From: Thermoplasmatota archaeon
GTDB taxonomy: Archaea; Thermoplasmatota; E2; DHVEG-1
Length of the DNA: 64,000 bases
Assembly (NCBI GenBank): GCA_030619765.1
Contig: JAUXAU010000003.1
Coordinates: 11,654-75,653 of the forward strand
Reading direction: 5' to 3'
A program made the translations under genes and the position numbers. Within the stretch, counting starts at the first letter, position 1, and the number at the start of each line of letters is the position of its first letter. Below, piece by piece: positions 1 to 9,332 of the stretch. Under the pieces are notes generated by a model. It was not told the DNA's origin, did no database searches, and was given only the letters and a program-made list of their open reading frames with translations.

Positions 1-34
1 AAAGTTAAACAAACGTATTAGTGAACTTGAAAAG

Positions 35-403
35 ATGCTTTCTACATTGATTCAACCTTTTCAGAAAATACAGGATACAACGTCAAATTATTTGAAGATA
101 ATCCAGCTTTCACTTGAACACGGTGGTTTAACCCCAGATCTTATTCTTCCCGAAGTAAAAGATTCAATTTCAAAAGAAATTGTTCGAGTGCTTCTTGATA
201 GAAACGAGCAGAATATCTCTCAGATTACAGAACTTGTAAGGAGTAAACGCGGCACTGCTTCGCGAAGGATAGTTCGTGAGAAAATTAATGAGTTAACTAG
301 AAAAAACATCATTCAAAAAAAGCAAAAAGGATCACTATATGTATACGGTTTATCGGAGGACGTGATCAAGAAGTGGTCACAACTGCTCGGTATTAATATA
401 TAA
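35..403 (+). CDS. Winged-helix DNA-binding protein, probably 5'-partial
   Basis: Frame is open back to position 2. C-terminal wHTH-like pattern NISQITELVR..ASRRIVREKINEL..KNII..GSLYVYGL. Confidence 0.6.
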   Translation: MLSTLIQPFQKIQDTTSNYLKIIQLSLEHGGLTPDLILPEVKDSISKEIVRVLLDRNEQNISQITELVRSKRGTASRRIVREKINELTRKNIIQKKQKGSLYVYGLSEDVIKKWSQLLGINI

Positions 404-454
404 ACTGGCCACTCTACCGTAGTTTAAAATTTAAAAATTGGAGGTATATAAAAA

Positions 455-748
455 ATGAATAAACACGAAGGAATACCCGACCCGGAAAAAATAAAGGAAA
501 TATTGAATGTTGTGTCAGAGAAAATACCTGGACTTCTCAAGGATCTCAGTGATGTACTCTATAGCCCAAGCCAAGCTAAACAGTTTGGTGTTGCGGTGGC
601 GACATTTTACAAAGAACTAAAAGATGCAGGTATGACTGATGAGCAAGCATATGATCTCACACGCCAGTATATGTCCACATTAAACCTTGGGCAAATGGTA
701 AAAGGGTTTGGACACCACACGGGTAAAGGCCATGGAGACGATGAATAG
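455..748 (+). CDS. Small helical hypothetical protein
   Basis: ORF with GGAGG RBS upstream. Confidence 0.7.
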   Translation: MNKHEGIPDPEKIKEILNVVSEKIPGLLKDLSDVLYSPSQAKQFGVAVATFYKELKDAGMTDEQAYDLTRQYMSTLNLGQMVKGFGHHTGKGHGDDE

Positions 749-760
749 GAGTAAAAAAGC

Positions 761-1015
761 ATGACTGAGGAAGTTGAGGATCAAGAGAAGACAAACGGTT
801 TCCGTATCTTTGGTATGATGTTACCCTCTCCTCCCTCACTTATGTTTAAACTTGGAAGCATATTCCTGCGGTTTAAAAGAGAAGCAAAAAAAAGGGGACA
901 AACATTTCAAAAAGAACTCATCAATCAAGGGCTTGACGAGATAACTGCAGCACAACTTACTGAGATATATCTAGAATCAAGTAATATTGCAAATTACATA
1001 AGTTTATTTCGTTAA
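761..1015 (+). CDS. Small hypothetical protein, partly similar to the upstream ORF
   Basis: GGAG RBS. LINQGLDEITAAQLTEIYL resembles LKDAGMTDEQAYDLTRQYM of 455..748. Confidence 0.6.
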   Translation: MTEEVEDQEKTNGFRIFGMMLPSPPSLMFKLGSIFLRFKREAKKRGQTFQKELINQGLDEITAAQLTEIYLESSNIANYISLFR

Positions 1016-1108
1016 AATCAGGGTTTTTACCCCTCTCTTTTTGATAACATAATCTGTTATTTAAATAAAAAGGCATAAAAAATGAATTTTATGCTGGTAA
1101 GTGTATAA

Positions 1109-1798
1109 TTATTGAAGGCATCGTTCTTCTAGTGTTATAATCCCTTGCTTGCTTCCAACTATTATTTCATCTGCCAAATCTATAAACAAACCGTTTTCTA
1201 TAACCCCAGGTATCGAATTGATTTCTTTCTCAAGAGATTCAGGTTCATTGATTTTTCCAAAATCACAATCTAATATGTAGTTTGAGTTATCAGTAATGTA
1301 TACTTCATCCATAATTGTTCTTAATTCTGTTGTACAGCCAAGTTCTTCGAGGGTTTTTTTGGTAGCATTCCAGCCGAATTTTGTAACCTCAACAGGCACG
1401 GGAAAGTCAATTCCCAATTTTTTGACAACCTTTGTTTCGTCTACAACTATTATCTCTTTTTTCGAGTGATATGCAATTATTTTCTCTCGAGTTAAGGCTC
1501 CACCTCCTCCCTTAATTAAATTTAGAAATGAGTCAACTTCGTCAGCTCCATCTATGGTTAAATCAATTTTCGTGTAGTCGTTTAGATCCACCAGAGGAAT
1601 ATTCAATTCTGTCGCTAGTTTTTTTGTTCTTAAGGATGTCGGAATTCCTTCTATTTTTAATCCTGTATTAACCCTTTCTCCCAATTTTTTTATTGCATAT
1701 TTTACAGTTGATCCTGTCCCTAATCCAATAACCATTCCATTATCCACATGTTCAACTGCTTTTTCTGCTGCCATCTTTTTCATTTCTTCTTGTTCCAA
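1109..1798 (-). CDS. rpiA: Ribose-5-phosphate isomerase A
   Basis: Motifs GLGTGST, DGADEVD, KGGGGALTREK. TTG start with GGTGA RBS. Confidence 0.97.
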   Translation of the reverse strand: MEQEEMKKMAAEKAVEHVDNGMVIGLGTGSTVKYAIKKLGERVNTGLKIEGIPTSLRTKKLATELNIPLVDLNDYTKIDLTIDGADEVDSFLNLIKGGGGALTREKIIAYHSKKEIIVVDETKVVKKLGIDFPVPVEVTKFGWNATKKTLEELGCTTELRTIMDEVYITDNSNYILDCDFGKINEPESLEKEINSIPGVIENGLFIDLADEIIVGSKQGIITLEERCLQ

Positions 1799-1871
1799 TA
1801 GTTCACCAAATGTGTAATAATAAATGTATACAAAAACTTATACTTATTATTCTTATTATGGGAAAGAGAAG

Positions 1872-2537
1872 ATGTTAGGCGAATGTGAAGAGCACGGTTA
1901 TTATCGTGGGGAATCCTGTCCAGTTTGTGGTGAAAAAGGAAAATTCCTAATGAATGATAGAGAACTTAATTCACTAGGGCGCATTATTGCAGGAGTGCTT
2001 CGTCATTTTCCAGATAAACTTGGAGTAATGATCGATGGCCATGGATGGATAGACATTTCTGAATTTGTTGAAGCTATAGGAATTAGCAGGTCAGGATTTC
2101 ATTGGCTCCGTAATCATCATATTGAGGCCATTGCACTTACCGATCCCAAAGGAAGATATCAGATTGATGGAGGAATGGTGCGCGCAACTTACGGTCACAC
2201 CATAGATGTCAATCTTGATGATTTGCCTCTAGCAGATATAGATGAATTTTTCTACCCTGTTACAGAAGAAGAAATAGACATAATAGTAGAAGGTGGGTTA
2301 AACCCTATAGATAGGAAAAATGTGCATCTTAGTGGAAGTATCGAAAAAGCACTTGAGGCGGGAAAGGTGAGAACAGAAGAGCCACTTATTTTAAAGATAG
2401 ACGGCGCTAAAGCAAAAAAAGACGGAATAAAAATATATCATGCCGGTAAAGATGTCTATATTACTGATAGGATTGATGCCAAGTATATATCTAAAGTCGA
2501 CGAATCAGAGATAAAGCAATCAGAAGAAAAACATTAA
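1872..2537 (+). CDS. kptA: RNA 2'-phosphotransferase (Tpt1/KptA) with N-terminal Zn ribbon
   Basis: Motifs LRH, KGRY, RATYGHT, VHLS. Likely start is the ATG at 1872 rather than 1824. Confidence 0.93.
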   Translation: MLGECEEHGYYRGESCPVCGEKGKFLMNDRELNSLGRIIAGVLRHFPDKLGVMIDGHGWIDISEFVEAIGISRSGFHWLRNHHIEAIALTDPKGRYQIDGGMVRATYGHTIDVNLDDLPLADIDEFFYPVTEEEIDIIVEGGLNPIDRKNVHLSGSIEKALEAGKVRTEEPLILKIDGAKAKKDGIKIYHAGKDVYITDRIDAKYISKVDESEIKQSEEKH

Positions 2538-2572
2538 TAGATGTCATTTAATTCAGGCATCTCTCCTGTTTT

Positions 2573-2646
2573 GGGCTTGTAGCTCAGCTAGGTGGAGCAA
2601 TCGGCTCTTAACCGATCGGTCGAGGGTTCGAATCCCTCCAAGCCCG
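2573..2646 (+). tRNA. tRNA-Lys(CTT)
   Basis: Acceptor stem GGGCTTG/CAAGCCC, anticodon arm ATCGG-CT CTT AA-CCGAT, T-loop GTTCGAATC. Confidence 0.96.
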
Positions 2647-2828
2647 TTTTGTCTTAGATAGGCATGTAATCGTATATCATCAATTTACATTTTTTTTATT
2701 GCCTTCCACAGCATCAAATAAGTTAGCTGTAGGATCTGAATCATAATGATTATTAACATTATTTTTCTGATTCAATTAAACAAGACATCCAAAAATGTTA
2801 ATATGTAATAGACTATGTTGGAAAACAT

Positions 2829-3035
2829 ATGCCCTCTGAAAATATCGACACTGAATCAGATAGAATTGGAAATTCGGCTCTAATATTTTCTTTGTCTTTT
2901 TTGATATTTTTAATAGCATTAATGTTGACAATAAATGATTCTTTTTGGATAGGAATAATCGCATTTTCCTGTAGCTTTGTACTTTCTTTAGGACATTACA
3001 TAAGATCAACAATAAAAAGTGCCATTCCTAAGTAA
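2829..3035 (+). CDS. Small two-TM membrane protein
   Basis: Two hydrophobic segments. Confidence 0.55.
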   Translation: MPSENIDTESDRIGNSALIFSLSFLIFLIALMLTINDSFWIGIIAFSCSFVLSLGHYIRSTIKSAIPK

Positions 3036-3167
3036 TATGGTATAGAAAGGATATTGTAAAAGGAGTCAATTTGAAGGAAGAAAGGAAATATTAGAGATTT
3101 TACCAAAATTTTGACCCTATTTGACAGAAGGTATAGTTATTTGGTTAATAAAATCACTCTTTAACTC

Positions 3168-3710
3168 TTATTCAGAGATAAAAAACTCTTTAAGTTTTTC
3201 CAGATTTGGATTATCAATGCCACCTTTTTGAAGAGGAAACAGTACTTCCAATGTTTTCATTTCAGCAATATACTCTCCAAACATTTTGTTTAGGGCATTA
3301 GTTAATATCACCAATTCTTTAACACCCCGTGCAGTAGCACATAATGCTAAGTCGTAATCACCATGAACTAATAAGCTAAAATCAATCTCAATTCCCATCT
3401 TTGTTAACTCCTGTTTTACTACTCCTTTGATTGGTATTTGTAATTTTTCTGGAGAAATGGGCTTATTTGTTCGTTTAAGAAGGATAATATACTTTTTCAA
3501 ACCTAACTTTTCCTCATCAAACACAGCATTATATCCCCAGATTGTTTTATCTTTTTCCAGTCTTTTTTTGATTCTCGATACCTTCTGTCTGGAAAAACCA
3601 CATTTTTTCGCTATATTTTCAACGTTATCTCCAGAACTTGTCTGAAGTATTTTAAGAAGCTTCTTTTCATCTTCATTGATTTGTTTTTTACTGCTTTTCG
3701 GCATATTCAT
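3168..3710 (-). CDS. Lrp/AsnC family transcriptional regulator
   Basis: HTH NVENIAKKCGFSRQKVSRIKKRLE, then IWGYNAVFD..KLG and a RAM-like domain. Confidence 0.85.
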   Translation of the reverse strand: MNMPKSSKKQINEDEKKLLKILQTSSGDNVENIAKKCGFSRQKVSRIKKRLEKDKTIWGYNAVFDEEKLGLKKYIILLKRTNKPISPEKLQIPIKGVVKQELTKMGIEIDFSLLVHGDYDLALCATARGVKELVILTNALNKMFGEYIAEMKTLEVLFPLQKGGIDNPNLEKLKEFFISE

Positions 3711-4269
3711 TCATCCCTTTCTCCTTAGTGTATTCCCTTACTGTTCTTAAATGTTATCATATTTGATACTTTTGTAACATGCCTTTTTAATTAATAGTTA
3801 ATTTTTTAGTTACTTACATTACAGATGTTCTATTATAAGGATAATGTTTATATACTACTCTAATTATATAATAATTATAAATGGGGGAAAATATTTTTGG
3901 GAACCTTTCCTTTTCCGACCTCCTCCTTTCCCTCATTTTTATTGCTGCTATGGGGCAGTATTTAAATATATTTATTAATGTATATATACATATACACGAT
4001 TTTGACACGTTCTAAACCTAATGATGGGTATATTACCAAAAAAGAAAGAAAATGTGTAAGAGGACTTAGTTGCACTGTTTTAATAAATAATTTTCAACAG
4101 AGTTTTTTTAATATAATTCCTATCCCTGATACTGTTCTTGCTTTGATAAAATCAAGGTAGCTCTACATCCACACCGATAAAATCTGTTGTCCAAGCCCGT
4201 GAAAACCCTGCAATATTTATAAGGATACTTTTTTATAGTATAAATCATTTATTTTTATGGGGATAAAAA

Positions 4270-6777
4270 ATGAAAAAATCCATACCTATATTTATAGCTA
4301 TTATAATGGTCCTTGGAGGACTTGGGGCAGCTGCCATCAATGTTGATAGCACCGAAAATGCATATTCGAAAACCGTCATTAAAACAATAGAGATCGACTT
4401 TTCAAAACCAAGCTTTGCCGATAGCGATAACAAGTACATCAGATTATATCTTGGAGATGAGGAAACCTACTTGATGAATCCTGGTCAACCAATGATTCCA
4501 AGAGTGCTTAAAACATTCGAGCTCCCCTTTGGAGTAACCAACATAAGGATTGATGCAGAACCATCAGATATCCAAGAACTTGAAATTTCAAAAGAAATAG
4601 AACCCGCACCAGCTCCAGTACCACTAACACCAAGGCCAGATTCCGTCATCCGATCCAAGAAGGATGAAACGGTGTATAATAGCAATGATCTATACCCACA
4701 TGAGTGGTATGGCTCTCATGTTGGTTGTGGATTGAACGCCGAAGGTGAGCACGTTACTCATCTAACAGTAAATGTTTTCCCACTGAGATATAGACCTGCA
4801 TCAGGGAAAATAATTGTAGCTGAGAAGGTTGATATTAAAATAACCTATGAAGATCCAGGATTAAATATTTTCCCGCAGACGAGCACCTATGATCTCGTAA
4901 TTATTACTCCATCAAAATTCTCAAGTGAACTTGAAAGACTAGTTGAACATAAAAACACATTTGGTATGAACACGACTTTAAAAACAACAGAAGAAATATA
5001 TGCTGATCCAAATTATAATGGTAGAGATAAACCTGAGCAAATTAAGTATTTCATAAAGGATGCAATAGAAACATGGGGAATTCAATATGTACTACTTTTC
5101 GGTGGTTTAAAATCGATAATTTATGCAAAAGCCAAAGATGATCAAAACCATGGTGCAAAAGGCTGGCATGTCCCCGTGAGATATTCTAATTTTCAGTATG
5201 ATGGTGATCCAAATTATAACTTCACTAGTGGGGAGCCTGGCTACATCAGTGATCTCTACTATGCAGATATCTACAAAGAAGGAGGCGAGTTCGATGATTG
5301 GGATTCCAATGGAAACGATATATTTGCTGAATGGTCAGGTGACGACCTACGAGATGAACTTGATCTATATCCTGATGTAGCATTTGGAAGACTCGCTGTA
5401 CGAAACAACAAAGAAGCAAAAAATGTAATAACAAAAATCATCGACTATGAAAAACTACCAGCTGACCCAACCTGGTTCAAAAGAATGATCTCGATATCTG
5501 GAGATGGATTCCTCGACCAAGAAGATTGGGATATAGAATGGGACACTGATGGTCTAACAGATGGAGAATATATCATTTGTGCACAAAGCAAAAATCCAGA
5601 GGGAGAAAAAGGGCCAGTCGATGAAATACACATAACACTGGATAAAACAGTTGAAACTAACATAACTTTCAACCATGATGACCACCTCAAAGAAGAACTA
5701 CAAGGTTATCTTTATCCAGCACCACCTATCGCAGAAATCATGACAATATCAAACGGTAACACCCTTGGGAACACAGACTACACCTACAGACCACATGATG
5801 GAGAAGCGTACTGCAACGACCTATACTGGTACGCAAACATCTCCTATGTGGATGAAATTCTTACAATACGTGGGAAATCATATGATCCAAAACCATATGG
5901 TAATATAACCCACATTAAAGTGTGGATTAATAACAGCAATGAAGAAACGATATTTACAGTATGGAGAAATAATACAGAAACGTACTACGAGGGTGAATGG
6001 ATTGTCGGAGAAAAATTCCTACGTGGCAGAGGAGGAGCCCTTACCTATATTCCTGATGATTTCGATACAAACAGTGTGTTTACTTCAAATGGTAAATGGT
6101 TTGATCAATCAGATGTAATCGAGGAGTTTAGCAAAGGATACGGCCTTGCGTTTTTCTCAGGACATGGAAGCCCTGGATGGTGGGGAGATCATTACCCTGG
6201 AATACCGGGTAACAGACGATATGGCTCAGTAGCTGGACTTGTGGTTACTCAGTTATCACCCTACTTCCCGTTTTTAAATTTCCCACTTTTCCCGATGAAG
6301 AAATTAACAAATACTAATAAGCTCCCAGTTGTTAGTGTTGGCGGCTGCCATAACAGTATGTTTAGTATATCGTTGATTCCTGCAATCCTGGACCGATACC
6401 TTCCTTTATACATGCATACCTATGGCACGCCGGTTCCTGAATGCTGGGGCTGGTTTATGGTAAAACTTCCAAAAACTGGTGCTATTGCAACAATGGGCAA
6501 TACTGGATATGGATGGGGATCAGAAGGCGACGTGTGCACAATTGGTACTGGTGACGGGTGGATAAATACTGAGTTTTTCAGGTTATACGGGGAAGAAGAA
6601 CAACATATGCTAGGTATGGCATATATTGGGGCGATATCTAACTATGTAACCCATCATAAGACATTTGAACTTGAGTATTGGCGTCATGACTATGGATGGG
6701 ATGGAATTGATGAGAAGACCGTAGAGCAATGGCAACTATTAGGTGATCCAAGTCTCCAAATAGGCGGATACTCCTAA
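4270..6777 (+). CDS. Secreted C25 (gingipain-type) cysteine peptidase with propeptide
   Basis: Signal peptide; SDLYYAD, PDVAFGRL, FSGHG (catalytic His), GGCHNS (catalytic Cys), WQLLGDPSL. Confidence 0.92.
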   Translation: MKKSIPIFIAIIMVLGGLGAAAINVDSTENAYSKTVIKTIEIDFSKPSFADSDNKYIRLYLGDEETYLMNPGQPMIPRVLKTFELPFGVTNIRIDAEPSDIQELEISKEIEPAPAPVPLTPRPDSVIRSKKDETVYNSNDLYPHEWYGSHVGCGLNAEGEHVTHLTVNVFPLRYRPASGKIIVAEKVDIKITYEDPGLNIFPQTSTYDLVIITPSKFSSELERLVEHKNTFGMNTTLKTTEEIYADPNYNGRDKPEQIKYFIKDAIETWGIQYVLLFGGLKSIIYAKAKDDQNHGAKGWHVPVRYSNFQYDGDPNYNFTSGEPGYISDLYYADIYKEGGEFDDWDSNGNDIFAEWSGDDLRDELDLYPDVAFGRLAVRNNKEAKNVITKIIDYEKLPADPTWFKRMISISGDGFLDQEDWDIEWDTDGLTDGEYIICAQSKNPEGEKGPVDEIHITLDKTVETNITFNHDDHLKEELQGYLYPAPPIAEIMTISNGNTLGNTDYTYRPHDGEAYCNDLYWYANISYVDEILTIRGKSYDPKPYGNITHIKVWINNSNEETIFTVWRNNTETYYEGEWIVGEKFLRGRGGALTYIPDDFDTNSVFTSNGKWFDQSDVIEEFSKGYGLAFFSGHGSPGWWGDHYPGIPGNRRYGSVAGLVVTQLSPYFPFLNFPLFPMKKLTNTNKLPVVSVGGCHNSMFSISLIPAILDRYLPLYMHTYGTPVPECWGWFMVKLPKTGAIATMGNTGYGWGSEGDVCTIGTGDGWINTEFFRLYGEEEQHMLGMAYIGAISNYVTHHKTFELEYWRHDYGWDGIDEKTVEQWQLLGDPSLQIGGYS

Positions 6778-6986
6778 AGTCATTTGTCTTTTTTAGCGAT
6801 ATTCCAGTCCCGCCCGTCTTGCCAAAACCAATGATTCCAAAGAAAAGAGCGAAGAAAAATATCCAATATTAATAACCTATATCTTTTTGAATGGGCTTTA
6901 TGTTTAGTTGTCAGATATGTTTTAAAACCAAACGATGATTTAGATACTGAATATAATACTTATGAAGTTAATCGATGGTGTGAAAC

Positions 6987-7307
6987 ATTAAAAAGAAATG
7001 CCCAGAATGCAGATCAAAGGCTGTACGATTATACCAGAACAGAACAGTAGATGGAAAAAGAAAATGGATTCCAACGGCATGGAATTGTACTAAGTGCAAT
7101 TATGTGTATATGGTAGCTTCTGACACACTCATGTACTCTGTGGGAGGCGAAGAGTATAAAGAATCTTTCAAAGGCAAATGCCCAAAATGTGATCTTAAAT
7201 TAACAAAAATATATCGGCATAAAAATCCTGTACATGGAAAACAAGAATGGATATCTACTGCTTGGTACTGCACCAGATGTAAATATGTTTGGATGAATAA
7301 AAAATAA
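6987..7307 (+). CDS. Tandem double zinc-ribbon protein; start codon uncertain (ATT proposed)
   Basis: The frame of track ORF 7104..7307 is open from 6984 and contains two CxxC-x~25-W-x-CxxC-x-YV repeats. Confidence 0.7.
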   Translation: MKKKCPECRSKAVRLYQNRTVDGKRKWIPTAWNCTKCNYVYMVASDTLMYSVGGEEYKESFKGKCPKCDLKLTKIYRHKNPVHGKQEWISTAWYCTRCKYVWMNKK

Positions 7308-7448
7308 TGTTGGATAGAAACTACATATTTTGAGAAAACTATTTTATGTTTATATCTAATTTATAATAAATCGCCTTATGGTCCAATCCTAAACTATTAA
7401 ATATAACTATCTATTTTAGGGCACCTTATACAATTAGAGGCATAATTA

Positions 7449-7547
7449 ATGAAAAGAAGTTCAAGAGTCTGGAAGAAAAGAGGAAAAATGCGGTGGAAAT
7501 GGCGGAAAAAACGAATGAGACGCGAAAAGAGAAGTAGAAAAAAGTAA
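7449..7547 (+). CDS. rpl41e: Ribosomal protein eL41 (absent from the ORF track)
   Basis: Translates to MKRSSRVWKKRGKMRWKWRKKRMRREKRSRKK, containing the MRWKWRKKRMRR signature. Confidence 0.9.
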   Translation: MKRSSRVWKKRGKMRWKWRKKRMRREKRSRKK

Positions 7548-7551
7548 ATAT

Positions 7552-7690
7552 GGGAGCATGGTGTAACCCGGCATCATTGTGGGCTCCAGTTAGGAATGAT
7601 TACACGAGGGTCATCTGATCTATGATGAATAACTGGAGCGATGACCTAAGAAGAGACCCGCCGATCTGGGTTCAAATCCCAGTGCTCCCA
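7552..7690 (+). tRNA. tRNA-Trp(CCA) with a 66-nt intron at position 37/38
   Basis: Acceptor stem GGGAGCA/TGCTCCC, anticodon stem GTGGG/CCCGC, loop CTCCAG-[intron 7590-7655]-A, T-loop GTTCAAATC. Confidence 0.95.
7590..7655 (+). ncRNA. Intron-encoded box C/D guide RNA (predicted Cm34 and Cm39)
   Basis: Box C ATGATTA, guide ..GGGTC.. then D' CTGA, C' ATGATGA, guide AACTGGAGC then D ATGA. The N+5 rule lands on C39 and C34. Confidence 0.88.
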
Positions 7691-8983
7691 TATCTCACTA
7701 CTCCTGTTGTTTCCAGTCGAAACAGGGGTTTTTAGTGGTTTTCTTGAATTTATCGAATTATCCTCTCTCGGAGTACGAAATTTAAGGATCCGATTAATCC
7801 AATTATACGGGGCCTGCAGGTAATACATTTTGGCGTATTGTATATAAGCCATAGTCGTTTTTGGATCGGTATGCCCTAACCAACTGCATACTTCAAACTC
7901 ATCGAATTTATCATTTTCGACCTTGGTTTCAATCAGTCGGGCTATTGCACACCAATGCCTCATATCATATGGTCGGAAGGTCGGCCATACTTGTTTTCCT
8001 AATACACTCAATCGATGTCCTAATAGTCTTACTGTAACAGGCTTACCACTTGGCCATAAGAATAAGGTGTTACCACTGTATTGGTTTTCAACTTTTGGGC
8101 GCCAATGATCAATCCAATTTTTGAAACTCTTATGTCGCGGACAGGAAAGGATTTCTTTTCTCGGCAGAATAGTATGTTTTTTATTTCGTTTTTTGACTTC
8201 AGTGATTTCTATGCCACCAGTTCCATCACCATTAATTTGGATGTCATCGATAGTTAATGCACAGAGTTCTGATGGTGGTCTCATACCAATTGTAAACCCT
8301 ATTGTAAAAATGTATTGATACAATTTGGTTTCATAAAGATCGTTGGAATACTTGTAATGCATTATCTGATATACTGTATTAGGAAATGGTAATAACCGTA
8401 AATGAGGTTCAGGTTTTCTTGGTGGTTTAAAATTCCATAGAGGGATCTCATATGCCCTTAACAACATTTTTAAGGCGTCCCATTCGTGGCGTATAGCAGC
8501 GTAACCTGCATTCTCATATTTTATCCTATACCAAGTATGTTGTCGGAAGTTTTCAAGATTGGGATTTTTTAGATCAACAGAGATCTTGTGCATTTCCATA
8601 AAGCGTAAATAACACAAGTGTTTCTCTACCGTTTTTATCCCCAAATGTTGCACTTCTATAGCATTTCGGTAAAGATCTGTAAATGTTGATTGACCAGGTA
8701 TTAATCGTTGTGGGAAATCTGGATATTTAACTCCAAAAATATCTTTTGTATTACATCTTTTTTTCGCCATATCCTGAACCAATCCAGGTTCGAATTGATG
8801 TTTGACAGGATACCAGCTTTTTTCCATTTTTATATTGCATTTTTTATGTTCACATCCTATCCAATCATCGTATGTTTGATGATCAGATAAGGGTAAATTA
8901 AATCCTTTATCATTTATAAAATTTGTGATATCGTTAAAATCTATTAAATGCAAGTTATCATTATTATAATAAATAAATATCAC
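7646..8983 (-). CDS. int: Tyrosine recombinase/integrase whose 3' end crosses attL
   Basis: GMRPPSEL (R), VKK (K), YDMRH (R), LGHTDPKTTMAY (H, Y). Start uncertain: GTG 8983, ATT 8974 or TTG 8953. Confidence 0.92.
   Translation of the reverse strand: MIFIYYNNDNLHLIDFNDITNFINDKGFNLPLSDHQTYDDWIGCEHKKCNIKMEKSWYPVKHQFEPGLVQDMAKKRCNTKDIFGVKYPDFPQRLIPGQSTFTDLYRNAIEVQHLGIKTVEKHLCYLRFMEMHKISVDLKNPNLENFRQHTWYRIKYENAGYAAIRHEWDALKMLLRAYEIPLWNFKPPRKPEPHLRLLPFPNTVYQIMHYKYSNDLYETKLYQYIFTIGFTIGMRPPSELCALTIDDIQINGDGTGGIEITEVKKRNKKHTILPRKEILSCPRHKSFKNWIDHWRPKVENQYSGNTLFLWPSGKPVTVRLLGHRLSVLGKQVWPTFRPYDMRHWCAIARLIETKVENDKFDEFEVCSWLGHTDPKTTMAYIQYAKMYYLQAPYNWINRILKFRTPREDNSINSRKPLKTPVSTGNNRSSEIWEHWDLNPDRRVSS
7679..7691 (+). 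repeat. attL core
   Basis: CCAGTGCTCCCAT, the tRNA-Trp 3' end. Confidence 0.88.
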
Positions 8984-9270
8984 TCCTTTTTTTTCCTGGA
9001 AATAGAAAATAAAAAGTAAAGACCGAAAGAGAGGGGTGATAACTTGAATGCACCCTTTTGGTTGTTTTGGTAGGAGCAAAAACACCCTCTCCAAAGGTCG
9101 GCTTTACAGAATATCCAAATGCAAATGGATTGATAAACGTTTGGTTAGTCAGTCTTTTCCACACCAAAAACAACCAAAGGTAGGAAACACAATCAACAAT
9201 ATAAAACCCCTACCAATATTTTTTTAGTGGCGCACAGATAGTGCATAGAGTTGAAAGCATAAATCAAAAA

Positions 9271-9315
9271 TCATACTGACACTCATACTGACATTTTATG
9301 ATATTTCATATGACA
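9271..9315 (+). promoter_or_regulatory. Direct repeats TCATACTGACA x2 plus degenerate TCATATGACA (operator or arm-site candidates)
   Basis: Copies at 9271-9281, 9283-9293 and 9306-9315, between the divergent int and HTH genes. Confidence 0.45.
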
Positions 9316-9332
9316 TATCAGAGTAAAAATAT

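Larger units (their letters stand above)
2637..4200. mobile_element. Relic tRNA-Lys-anchored genomic islet (about 1.55 kb, no integrase)
   Basis: The tRNA 3' end TCCAAGCCCGT (2637-2647) recurs exactly at 4190-4200. Confidence 0.55.

Noticed and set aside
3814-4160. ORFs 3814..4008 and 3978..4160
   Set aside because: Very AT-rich, low-complexity and overlapping, with no recognisable features.
6981-6983. Selenocysteine or read-through UGA
   Set aside because: The UGA is not at a Cys-equivalent position, and no SECIS or sel genes are visible.
8984-9094. N-terminal extension of the integrase in the ORF track
   Set aside because: It lies upstream of the GGAGTGA RBS-like site and looks like promoter and T-tract sequence.
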